The position numbers were made by a program, and so were the translations under genes. Shown here piece by piece: positions 21,952 to 33,346 of a stretch of DNA of 64,000 nt. Below the pieces are notes generated by a model. The model had not been told where the DNA came from and searched no databases. It saw nothing but the letters and a program-made list of their open reading frames with translations. The DNA comes from Oikopleura dioica (Eukaryota; Animalia; Chordata), in contig OU015568.1 of NCBI GenBank assembly GCA_907165135.1, forward strand, positions 8,494,001-8,558,000, read 5' to 3'. The stretch's first letter is position 1. The number at the start of each line of letters is the position of its first letter.

Positions 21952-24900
21952 TCACTTTCTCTGAGGATGAGGGCTTTCATCCAATAGCCGAGAATCGCCA
22001 CCTAAATCAATTATATGCGGTCTGTTCTTTCAAAAGTTTTGAGAAATAATAATGGAAGCTACTGGGTTCTCAACGGAGTCCGAGAGTATCCTTGGCCAGT
22101 AACTCTTGAGAAGCTACTGTCCAAGGGTACGACTATGGTCAACGATGAGGCCATGTTCTTTGTGCCTCGTTGCTACGAATTCCTGCTACGACAACTCTAG
22201 AATAAACTCAGTGAAGACACAGTAGATGGAGTTTTCTCTATGTATTTGGCGCTCGATCATAAAAATGCAAAGCGGCTTTCGCCGAGGTTGGCAGGACACT
22301 GAACTGGAAATTTGCGCCGGGCGCAGAGTCGAGCGAAAATCGTCCGCCTCCGCGCAGCCCGAGGCACACTGAGTTACATAACGGACTAGCCGCTCTGAAC
22401 CCATTATGCCTTCCGGCGCGTTCGTTCTGTAAGAGCAGTGATATGAGAGCAGGGCAGTAAAATACAGAGCAAAGCATGTCCGAGTCCGATTATTCATCGC
22501 AATCGCAGTTGAAGAATTCAGCGGCGGCAGGGTTGTAGCTCTTGACGAAGTTGCAGACGCTCATGCGCTTGCCGAGGACCACATTGGTCGCAACAAAGCC
22601 GAGATCAGAACTTGGCGCAAAGAGCACTTTGGCGCGCTCTTTGATCTCCTTCCAGCCGTCGGATTCGGCGAATTCCGGCTTGTCAAGGTCGGTGACGTGC
22701 TTCTGGAACAGGGACAACAACTCAACACTGTGTTTTTAGCAGCAGTGTTGGTGCTGGCTGCCGTGACGAGCATACCATGTTTCCGAGGGCCCTGAATCTG
22801 GTCATTGACCGGATTTTCGGGTTCTGGAGCGGGCTGAGGTTGATTTTGCGGGTCACCACCCAAGTTTCGGAGGAGATCGACCCAGTTTGCAGCGGTGAGT
22901 CGACCGAGAGCCTGAGCCACATCCTGGTCGAGGTTAAGGCCGGCGAGTGGGGCACGGGGCTGATTCTGGGGCACCAATGGAGCTACTGGGGCTCGAATTG
23001 GAGCTCGATTCGCACCACCATTGATAGAAATCGCCATGTTACCGCGGTTTGGCGCGTCGACGATGCGGTAGCCAGAGCCAACCGCACCGCGCGGCTGGGT
23101 GATCGGGACGATGATTTTTCCAGGGCCAGGACTAGGCGCGTTACGTGGAAGGCTCGCAACCTTGCGCCCGGTTTTTGCGGGACAACAACGATGGATTTGA
23201 GCTTCTTCTTGGGCTGAATAGCTCGAGTCTCAGATCGGGGCGAACCTGGGTTGTAAAATGCGGGGACACCAGAGTCGGCTTCCGAAGAGGACCGACCTGA
23301 GTCTCGCGATGATGGGGACGACTTGGAGGTGCCGTACATGAATCGGGGTCCACGGCGGAGGTTAGCATCACGCTTGGCATAGAGTTCAGCGCGTTTCTCG
23401 TCGAGGATGCGCTCCGCGGCTTCAATCTCTTCGGGACTTGGGGGAACGTAACCAGGGGCAGCGCGGAAGTCGCTTGATGCCGGTAAAGCCGGGACCGGTG
23501 CTTCGAACGAGAGCGAGGGACCACTTTGCTCGTCTTGGGTGGTCAGCTCGTCGTCGGCGTTAATGTCGATTGCGTCGGCACTGTGCTCCTCGCGGAGCAG
23601 TTCGTCCAGGGTGTTGCTGTCAGCGATGGGCTTGTCAGACATGTTCTAGAAAGGCGAATTATGGCTATGGGAATGAAAAAGGACTACTAAATCGTTATCA
23701 CCGTCGGAACAGTGATAACGATAGGACATGGTTAGTAAAATGAATGCAGAGGAAGAGAAGAACGCTAGGACACTGGCTACAAACACTGAAATACAGTGAA
23801 ATGCCTCCAGGCAGTGAACTAATCGATCGAATCGACCAGGGGACATTCATTAACTCTGATTTCGGTCCGAGCGGCGGACTTCTTTCTTTTGAAGCTCCTG
23901 GGCAAGTTTTTGGTCCGCAAGTTCCTGGGCCACTTTTTGGTCCTGGGTTTCTTGGGCCTGTTTTTCCGAGCGGTCTTTTGCCTGGGCTTGCTTCAAAAGC
24001 TGATTTCGCGTGACGGGCCGCGTAGCATAGGGGGCTGGAAGCCTGGGATTTTTGTAGGAGCGCACAACGCGCGCAGGACCAGGTGCTGGTTCTGACGGTG
24101 CGCTAGAATTTCCGATATCTGCAGGAACTGTCAGGGGTGACTGTGAGGGTTCCGGAGGACGGTTTTCAGCCGGCGAAACGGTATTCTGAGTAGAATCAGC
24201 GGGCTGTACTGTCGTGTTCGCAGGATCCTCACAGTCAAAGTAAATCGTTTCCTCTTGATCGGGAGGTGGCGGAGTAACATTTTCAGGGCGCACTGCCTCC
24301 GGATCAATTCTTAGGTTATCAGGAGGAGGGTCCACGAGCGGGATTGGACTTTTTGGAGGGTTGGGTGTGGTATTTGGCAGCGGAATATTGAGGGCAGGGA
24401 AATATGGAATTGGACCAAGATGTGGGAACCTCTTGATCTTTTTGATACAAGAGGACCGATGGAACCAATCCGAATTACCTTCCTCGTCAGAGGCCTGGAC
24501 AACGAATCCGTTTGAAGCTTGCACGTAATACGGGCCAAGCCAGCGACATTTGGACGACTTCGCGACTGTCGAGTTTTCGCGTTTGATCAGAATTTCGTCG
24601 CCAGGTTCTAACGGTTCAGGGGTGATTCTTGGACGGTTCCGGAGCACAGATTCGTCAGCGTGCTGCTGACAAATAGACATTTTATCGTAGAGTAGCTTCG
24701 TAACTCTTCTTCGCTGCTTGAGAAAATCAGGGATGTTAACGCCCGACGGCATCTCAGTCATTCTATCGAAATCAGAGAGCTGCGGGGGAGTACCAAAAAC
24801 GGCTTCGTGAGGCGACACGCGAGTGCTCTTGTTGGGCATTGCATTCATGATAAAGACGACTCTTTTGAGCACAACCGGCCAGTCAACCGAGAGTGAATGC

Positions 24901-27900
24901 GCCATGATAAAGACAGCATTTTTCAGCTCTCGGTGACGAGACTCGAGGAGTGAGCAAGATTGAGGTCTATATGCGCAGTGAAATCGCCATTTCAACTTAT
25001 TCGCGAGTGCAAATTCGGCATTGAGCTGACTCGTAAAGTGCGTGCCGCGGTCGGTCGACAGGATTTCTGGCTGGGGATAAACGTCGAGTAGATTTTCAGT
25101 AATTGCCTTTACTGCGTCCACTGCGCGACAGCGACGGGTAGGAACAACAATAAGGTATTTCGTGAAAGTGCAGAGGATCGTGACGGCGTACCGGAGGCCT
25201 GATCGGCTGACCGGAAGCTCAATAAAATCCACGTGGCAACGCTGAAAGGGCCGTTCGCCTTTGACAGTAGGGCGGAAACCGGGGTCTTGATGACGTCCAC
25301 GTTGACCGCTAACATGATGGCAAGGGCAGGATTTGACGTAGTTAGTCACATCAGTTGCGAGACTGGGCCAAGTCATATGCGACATTTTCTCGAGCATTCT
25401 CTTGCCTCCAGCGTGATTACAGTTATCATGATATGATCTTAACACGTCTGGACGGAGAGAGGCGGGAATGTACATGCGTTTTTGATGGAGCAAGGCACCA
25501 GTATCTTCGCATAAGCTAAGATGACGAAATTCGCGGGCAAGATAGGCCGATTCTTCGCATTTCGAGTCAGATTGAAATGCTTTGGAGTGTCTCAACGCAT
25601 CTATCGCGTCTTTGATCGGCTCGCAGGCATACTGTTCTGATGTGATACTCGTCTTTTGACACAGGGAACTCTCGATTGGGACTTTGTCGCACACATGGGC
25701 AACAAGGTCACTTCCATTAGACATCGATAATTCGTTGGCATCGAAATGTACTTTCGGCTGTTTGGAGAGATCGATCCAGGATGGAACATAAATCCGAAAC
25801 CCGTGGAAATCGTGAAATTGACCGGCTGGAATCGATTCACCGTTGAAAGTCGGGCGAAGAGTACTTTCGTTTGACGGGCGACTGTAATAGTCAGCCAAGG
25901 AATTCTTCTCTCCTTCGAGGTATTGAACGCAAAAGTCGAACTGTGAGAGGAAGGCCCACCATCGGGCGAGCTTGTCGTTCTTACTTGTCTTCGCGTCAAT
26001 AAAACTGAGGGCTTTATGGTCGCTTTTGATGATAAAACGGCGACCAGTGAGGTAAACACGGCAATCGGTAACAGCTAGAACAACTCCGAGGGCTTCTCGC
26101 TCAGTGGCAGAGTACCGTCGTTGAGTGTCTGTGAGTGTTTTTGAACCGATTCGGACGATTCTAGATTTTCCATCTACGACTTGGAGCAGGGCCCAGCCGG
26201 CAGCAGCTGAGCTAGCATCTGTTACCAAGCAGAAGGGAAGGTTGAAGTCCGGGAACCATAGAGTCGCTGGCGATGCAAGTTTCTGTTTTAACTTGTTGAA
26301 CGCCTTCGACGCTTCCGATGACCACGTAAATTTTGACTTGGGGCGATTCGTTTTCAGCAGTCCAGTAATTGGCTTCATTATGTCGCTGAATGACTCAGAA
26401 GCGACATTGTCCATCGGCTTGACAGAACAGTAGTTACGAATCCAATTACAGAGGCCAATCAGGCTTTGAAGCCCTTTGTAATCAGTCGGAGGGGTCATCT
26501 TGAGGATAGCGGCGGCGTTGTCGGGATCGACAGTCGTTCCATGAGTGTTGACAATGCGGCCCAACCATTTTACCTCATCATAAAGCAGAAACGTTTTCTT
26601 GCCTCCAGCGACAAAACCGTATTCGTGTATTTTGTCGAGGAGCTCGATCAGTGTTTCGCAGTAGGTATCGAAGTCAGAAGCGAATATGAGGATATCGTCC
26701 ACATATACTTTGATGTTCTCACGGTATTTCATGCCACGAAGAGCAAATGCAATAGCGCGAGAAAAAATGTGACCGGAAGTGCGGAGCCCGAAAGGCAACC
26801 GCGTAAATTTGAGAGTTTCATTATTCCAAGTCACGGTTAGCTTGACCTGATCTTCCTCTCGAACAGCGATATTCCAAAAGCCTTTCGATATATCGATCGT
26901 GCCAAAGAATATCATGCCCGGAGGGATCTCGGCTTCAGCGTCGATGGACGGAATCATGAACGTGTCGTTGTTAACTAAAAGTTTGTTAACAGTGAGGTTG
27001 AGATTGAGGATTAGTCTTGTTGAACCATCGCTCTTAAGAACACCACCCACTGGCGTGTTCCAGCCGCACGTGTTATCGCTTGGAACTAGAACAGTCAGGG
27101 CTTTGAGCTTCTCAAACTCAGCTGTTATCGCAGGTACATGGCGTTGCGCTACTCGGAATTGAGGGACGTGCTTCGTTTGTCCAGGCACGGTGTCAATATC
27201 AGCCACATAGCTTTTGAATTTGCCAACAGGGCGAGAAGGAGTTGAATAAGCTGGGCGTCTGTCAAGGACAATCTGCGCGACTCGCTTGGCTCTGCTGGGA
27301 TTGTCGCCGATGTGGATGTTGGCACCGATTTCCTTCTTGACGATCTCGACGAGATCGACAGCAGTGACGGACTCGTAAGCAGCGTAGGTTTTGCCAGAAT
27401 CGAAGCACTGGAAGAAACTCTCGTACTTGGGGTTATTCACATACGGAATCTTAGCTAAAGTGTTTCCGTGATAAGCACGTAACAGTAATTTTCGATCCCC
27501 AAGTACTTGAATGATCTCTCCGCAGCGGTCGAAAAGAGGATGTCTACCAATGATAGCCGGGATTTGCATCGCATTTGACGGAAGTACAAACCACCTGGTA
27601 GTTGGGAACATTGCGTGTGGGCCAATGCGAATGCTGGTGTTGATAACGCCAATACAGCGGTTTTCAGCGCCGATCCCCTTACTTTCTGTGAAGTCGGCTC
27701 AATTTTGAGGTTGAGATCGCGTGCTGCACGCTCAGAAATTAGGCTTCCGAAGCTGCCAGTATCGTACAAGCACGGGACCCAAAGGCCAGAAAATTTATGG
27801 CGTTGAATGAACTCCACAGGAAGGTAGACGGCTTCGCTGTTGGCCGAACAATGTTTAAAAGGAGCCACCGCAGACGGGAAGCTTAGCAGCTTTGGCAAGA

Positions 27901-30900
27901 GAAAGTCCGACGAAATCAGATGTTCCGCCGGAGCCAATTAGTTTTTTGAAGAATACTCGGGGTGAGGGTCAGCGTAGTAAGATGCGTTGTTGTAATTGTA
28001 CATCTGATTGTGTGGCACGAAAGGGGCTGCGTTAGGATTATACGGACTTTCAAAGTGCTCGTATCCCTGTGGCGGCGCGCAATCGGCCGACTCGGCGGCG
28101 TTGACGCCGTAGACTTGCTGACCATAGGCAGGGTTTGATTGGTATCGACGCATTTGAGGAGGGTAATTAGGGCCATCGTGGCGCCTGTACATAGACTGAT
28201 TGTTTGGGTTACCCTTGGCGCCGTTGTTCCCATTGCCCGCGTTACCACCGTTGTTGGAACGATTGTTCCCGTTGTTTTGGCGGTTATCGCCGTTGTGACC
28301 ATTGCCGTTGCCAGCGTGGCCACCATTGTTATTGCCATTACGGCGGCGACGTCGGTTATTATTGGATTGATTCTGATTATTGTTCGACTGAGCGTTGTTG
28401 TGACGATCGTCGTCGTCGCGCTTGTCGTTCTTCGCGCTGGAATTGTTTCCCTTCTTGTTAGACTGGTTTCCAGGGCGTCTCGACTCGGCGGCATTGCACG
28501 AGGAGAAAGTAGTCTGGACGCTGAGTGCCTGAGCTCTCGCAGCAAGCTGGTCCGGGGATGAGAACGTACTCAACTCGATCACGATGGAGCTGTACAACTC
28601 GGCCGACTCCTGGCGGATCGAGTGCAAGGTCTTCATCGTGACGAGGAGGTTAAAAGCATCATGAAATGTCGGAGTGTAGGAAGTAAGCGTAGGGTCAGCT
28701 TTGATCTTGTTCGCTTTGATCAGTTCCTCGTACCCTTGGATGATCGGCTCTAGCTGGGCAACGCACTCGGCATGGAAGGTCGAGAACGACTTATTAAATG
28801 GCTTCGGTCGGTTTTGCCATGTTTCCAAGCGTTGGAAAACGTTGCTAGCATTGCCATAATTGGTTTGGATGCACTTGACAAGGTCGCTTTCACTCTTAAT
28901 TGAAGCAAGTTCTAGCGTCTTCAAAACATTAGCCGATAACTTAGGCTTAATGGAAGCGTAGATGCGTTCAAAGTCGAGAGTTCGGCAAGACTGGATAATC
29001 GCTTTTACTTTGTTGATGAACGTGCTAGCATCTTCGGCACTGGCACCGGTGAACTTGGGCAGTGATTGCAAGTGTTGGCACAATAGTTGGCCTTCCAAAT
29101 GAATCATGTCCGAAGAACCCGAGCTGGCGGAAGTAGCTGGACCGGCGCTCATAACAAGTTGGACGAGTTCAGCTTTGGCATCGGCGATCTCCTTTTCGAG
29201 GTCAGCTTTGGCCTGAACCTGGGCATCCGTGGTGGCAGGGCGATCAGTGTAGGTAGCGAGTTTAGTCTGAGCCACAAGAATCTTGGCTTTTAGTTCCTCC
29301 ATTGTCGTAGTCATTGCTGAAAGATGGAGATTCTAGGAGTGCTACACTATCAAGGTTTGATTGAGACTTGGGATAAGAAACCTTTCGGAATCTTACAACG
29401 AAAATCTTTCGTTGAAAATGCGCGAAAATAAAATTTGAAAAAATCTGATATGGGGCTAGCCTAAGTCTAGTGCGCAACGGCTTGTCCGGATTCCGTTACA
29501 CTGACTTGATCTACAACCGCGATCAACTGTTGTCGTTCTCATCAACAGGTTCGCAGGAGATTGTGCGCAAAGTCCGTTACTGCGGACATGTTATTATGTT
29601 TTCGACCTTGGAAGCATCCGTTGCCTCGAAAACCGGCCAGCAGTTTTCGGGGAAGACGGTGTTCTCATTGGCCGCCCAGGACCATCCCCCTAGACCGCGT
29701 GATAATAAGGGCTGGGAGCTAGAACTAGGAAAAATGTGACGAGGGGCGAAATCACGCCGCTCGGCTCATACCTTGACCGACAGAGTTAACGTAAAAATAA
29801 CATAAAAAAAAAATAACATAAAAGTAAAAATAAAGATAGAAAATACAATACCGAGTGATCGTAGAGGGAAATTCGAGCACTCAGCTCTTCTGCACACCAG
29901 TTACTGGGTTCTCAACGGAGTCCGAGAGTATCCTTGGCCAGTAACTCTTGAGAAGCTACTGTCCAAGGGTACGACTATGGTCAACGATGAGGCCATGTTC
30001 TTTTTGTGCCTCGTTGCTACGAATTCCTGCTACGACAACTCTAGAATAAACTCAGTGAAGACACAGTAGATGGAGTTTTCTCTATGTATTTGGCGCTCGA
30101 TCATAAAAATGCAAAGCGGCTTTCGCCGAGGTTGGCAGGACACTGAACTGGAAATTTGCGCCGGGCGCAGAGTCGAGCGAAAATCGTCCGCCTCCGCGCA
30201 GCCCGAGGCACACTGAGTTACATAACGGACTAGCCGCTCTGAACCCATTAAAGCTATCGATTTCGAGCAGTTTACCTTGAAGCTAGTCGGTTTATTTTCA
30301 AAGGGAATGGCGATTTCTTTCCCAGTTGCGACGGAGGAAATAACGAGGCCACCAGCTTCGGACTGAAATGGACGGAAATAAAAAGAGGTGAATTTGCTTG
30401 GTACGTACGATTTCATTCGTAAGCTGTTTTGGATCTGCGTTTTCAATATCACTCAATGAAGAAGTTCTAACAAGCGCATTGGAAGTAAGAACATCGCCCA
30501 TCGATTTGACAGTTCGGAGCTCGTCGGTTTGAATCGCAATCGTTGAGCTTTGAGGACGGTCCAGATTGCTCATCGAGCGCGTATTTTCCTTCAGAGGGGG
30601 AATTCGAGAGTTGCTCTTTGTTCGCTCCAAATTTTGTATTTGAACCTAAACAAGGTGTTTATAAAAGAAAGAAAATTTCGAGGAGGTAATAAATGAGGAT
30701 AAGTGACGATGATAAAGGTTATTCCGATAACTGAAAAAAATAAACCTTCAAACGATCGTATGTCTCAAAATCACACAAAGTTGCATCGAAATTTTGAAAT
30801 AAATCTGTGATTCTGTCAATTTTTTGACTGACAGACTCATTTCTTTCCTAAAATAGCGGAAAAAATGATAGCCAGAGCAGAAACTAACCTTCAAAAGTCG

Positions 30901-33204
30901 ATTTTCATTGTGAACTTTTTCTTTCTCAATCTCAGCTTCGACGCGTTCGCATTCTTCTTCCATGCACGATTCGCGGGCGGCTTCAACTTCATCCTGTATT
31001 CCGGGGTACGAGATTGTTGTTTGTGATATTTTTAAATTAATCAAATCAGCACTGATTTCGAGGTCATTTACTGCAACAGCGAGTAAGTGAGCAAATCACT
31101 CACAGCGACTCAAAAAGGCCAAAAATGATGGGGTTAGCAATGGGGATGAAGTGAAAGCGCAGAGCCAAATTATTACACGATTTTCGATGGTGGTTTTGCC
31201 CGAGCTTGGCCACGAGCTTGAAGGTTTTTCGGCAATAGTTTAGTAGTAAGTTTGAATCACACACAAACACGATTTCAAGTTGGGGTTATGTCGAACTCTC
31301 AAGCTGAAGTCAGACAGTACCTTCAAGTCTGGTCGCCTCAAGAGTCGAAAGTAAGCCGTGAAGCCGCGAAAGGCTCTACTAAGCTCGCAGCCGAGCTCAG
31401 TCTTGGAATCAGATGAAATCACCCTGGCACAATCGGAAAGAATCACGTGTGTGCCTCAAATCATAAATTATTGATCATGCAAAACTAATCACTGATATGA
31501 TCATATTTTAAAGAAAGAATTTGTCTTAGACTATCACGCATCCCGTTGCAAATACGCGCTAAAATCGTCATACGAATTCCAGAATGATCTCCACCCGTCC
31601 TGAAGAGCTAGAATCTTTTGCTCGTGCGAGCGTATAATCCGCCGCGCTTCCTCTAGCTCGAGCTGAAGGTGTTCGACAAATGCTTGGTCCGCTTCCGGAG
31701 CCGATTCTAGCGTTTCCTCTTCTTCTTCCTCGTCGCGATTGCTGTAATTTTTAGAACGGGTGGAGGACGACATCGATCCGCCGGGAAGCCACTTGCCGAG
31801 GGGCGAGTTTTTCTTCGCTTCGCGTAGTTTAGCTATAAGAATCTGTTTCAACAAAAGAAATTTTCTTTTCCTAAACCTGTTCGGAGAAAATACGCTCGAT
31901 TCTGATTCCACTGCCTTCCCTCATGGCCAGAACTCGTCAAACTTGCCGCCAGACCTGACGATTTTTGATTACTAGCCGAAACCATTGATGATTTATCCGA
32001 GATGTAGCCCTTGCCAGATATTTGACTAAAAAGTATTAACATTCGATGAAGGATTCATGCTAAAGCCCAACCTCTCTGGCCGCTCCCTGGATCCTGCTGA
32101 AGACATGCTTTTGGAATCATCGTCAGAATATTTAACACGGCCTGTTAGCACGCTCGGCTAAAATTGGCAATCATTAAATGTTTATTTATTAATTAATCAG
32201 CGTACCTTAATGCCACCTCCATGTCCACTGAGAATGGACAACACATCCGAAGCTTCCTTCAAAGTGTCCCTTGGCGACATCGGCGGATTACCTTCATCAA
32301 AGTAATCTTTTGAAATAAAATGAATTAAAACACAGCAAACCACAATATAAAATACATAAAAAAACTCAATCTTGAGTTTTCTTGAGTTCAAAAAAAGCAT
32401 CACTTACCTTCGTTTTCGGCTTCATCATCATCAGCAGGCTCGTAGACGATGTTTTCCGAGTCGTAGTCGTGTTCTTGAGGCTGAGTACTGGAGAACATGC
32501 TCAAGAGATCGTCAGTTTTGCCCATTTGACTAGGCTTGGGAAGATTTCTTCGAGAGCCATTTGCTAGGGTTGGAAATAAGGACATGTTTGGAATTCGAAA
32601 GTTTTCTAGGGGCTTTGCCAGAGAACCCCTCGAACTTACTGTTGATAGATCTCTTCGATCCAGATTCATTAGACCTGGAACTCAAGTTGGTTAGTCTTTC
32701 GAGCAAGTCCTGTGCACCAGATTCCCCCTCGACAGTATGCGATCCTGAAGAGAGGTGGCTCTTTTCCCTGGCGAAGGATGGGGCAAGTCGGTTCCCTGAT
32801 CTGTTCTGATTGCTAGTTGTTGAAGTTGAAGATGATGGCTCGAGGAAATCGTTGAGAAGGGATGATTCGGCGCCGTTGGACGGGAGAGGCAGCTTCTTTC
32901 GACGACTGGATTTGGAATTGTTCGACCTTGTTTCTGAATGGGGATAGATAGAGTTGATAAGAGGCTTGTTATCACCGCTGGAGCCGCCCAAAAGTGAAGA
33001 GAGCAAGTCGCCAGCAGCGTCACCTTGCCCAGAAGGAAGAGGTAGATTTTTGCTTCGTTTGGAAGACTTCTTGCTTTTAGGATCCGAATTGCCCGAAAAC
33101 TGGCTGAGAAGGTCGACTTCGCCAGTGTTACTAAGCTGCGAAGGCAGGGGCAGACGCGCCTTGTTGCGCGAACGACTCGATCCTTGAGATCGCGTGTCCG
33201 ACAT
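21952..33204 (-). CDS. Unknown multi-exon protein (Ser-rich repeated N-terminus, coiled coil); its last intron hosts the LTR element
   Basis: Exons at 32530-33204, 32400-32669, 31534-31911 (coiled coil HLQLELEEARRIIRSHEQKILALQ), 30748-31044 and 30270-30630. The last exon is at ~21952-22026. Removing the element restores a 55-60 nt GT-AG intron. Confidence 0.6.
22060..22406 (-). repeat. 3' LTR (347 bp)
   Basis: Direct repeat of 29902-30250; the only difference seen is a T3 vs T5 run. Confidence 0.95.
22490..23642 (-). CDS. Third ORF of the retrotransposon, ~384 aa if two A-run breaks are corrected; not env-like
   Basis: ORFs 22983-23642, 22561-23037 and 22490-22720 join into one frame by adding one A at 23172-23176 and one at 22733-22737. 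Acidic/Pro-rich N-terminus and a C-terminal folded segment ending FFNCDCDE. No signal peptide or TM segment. Confidence 0.65.
23850..27937 (-). CDS. pol: pol polyprotein (protease, RT, RNase H, integrase)
   Basis: Protease YDTGS and IIGRH; RT TIDISKGFW and YVDD; RNase H LVTDAS, TERE and SDHK; integrase H-H-C-C (YHDNCNH...SCPC), D-D-E (HVDF, STDRG, LLESRH) and GPY motif. The protease segment is out of frame by two compensating 1-nt indels (~27858 and ~27676). Confidence 0.96.
27938..29314 (-). CDS. gag: gag (458 aa), with an Asn/Gly/Arg-rich low-complexity C-terminus and no zinc knuckle
   Basis: Lies between the PBS and pol; N-terminal coiled coil; capsid-like LPKFTG..FI motif; ends in A AAA AAC TAA. 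Confidence 0.9.
   Translation of the reverse strand: MTTTMEELKAKILVAQTKLATYTDRPATTDAQVQAKADLEKEIADAKAELVQLVMSAGPATSASSGSSDMIHLEGQLLCQHLQSLPKFTGASAEDASTFINKVKAIIQSCRTLDFERIYASIKPKLSANVLKTLELASIKSESDLVKCIQTNYGNASNVFQRLETWQNRPKPFNKSFSTFHAECVAQLEPIIQGYEELIKANKIKADPTLTSYTPTFHDAFNLLVTMKTLHSIRQESAELYSSIVIELSTFSSPDQLAARAQALSVQTTFSSCNAAESRRPGNQSNKKGNNSSAKNDKRDDDDRHNNAQSNNNQNQSNNNRRRRRNGNNNGGHAGNGNGHNGDNRQNNGNNRSNNGGNAGNGNNGAKGNPNNQSMYRRHDGPNYPPQMRRYQSNPAYGQQVYGVNAAESADCAPPQGYEHFESPYNPNAAPFVPHNQMYNYNNASYYADPHPEYSSKN
29887..29899 (-). other. Primer-binding site
   Basis: TGGTGTGCAGAAG, 2 nt inside the 5' LTR. It resembles the tRNA-Leu-type gypsy PBS TGGTGTCAGAAG with one extra G. Confidence 0.7.
29902..30250 (-). 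repeat. 5' LTR (349 bp)
   Basis: On the element strand it begins TAATGGGTTC and ends GAACCCAGTA (9/10 inverted match), followed by the PBS. Confidence 0.95.
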
Positions 33205-33346
33205 TTTTTGTCGATTTACGATCTCCAGCCGTTTTTTCTGAAAAAAAATATAGGATGAAAAATCAAAAACTGATTGAATGAATTGAATAAATACAGGAAC
33301 TCACAGTGGTTTTCTAGAAATAATTAATTCTAAAAAAGGGTTTCAG

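Larger units (their letters stand above)
22060..30250 (-). mobile_element. Full-length Ty3/gypsy (Tor-like) LTR retrotransposon, ~8.2 kb
   Basis: Two near-identical LTRs, TSD AAGC (22056-22059, 30251-30254), PBS, gag, pol in the gypsy order PR-RT-RH-IN, and a third ORF. Confidence 0.96.

Noticed and set aside
22186-22497. ORFs 22186-22497 and 30030-30452 as genes
   Set aside because: Their shared C-terminal sequence is LTR DNA read through from flanking sequence.
27935-27940. gag-pol expression by readthrough of the in-frame TAA
   Set aside because: The protease only appears in frame with gag because of a probable extra base near 27858. A slippery heptamer and stem-loop lead directly into the RT frame.
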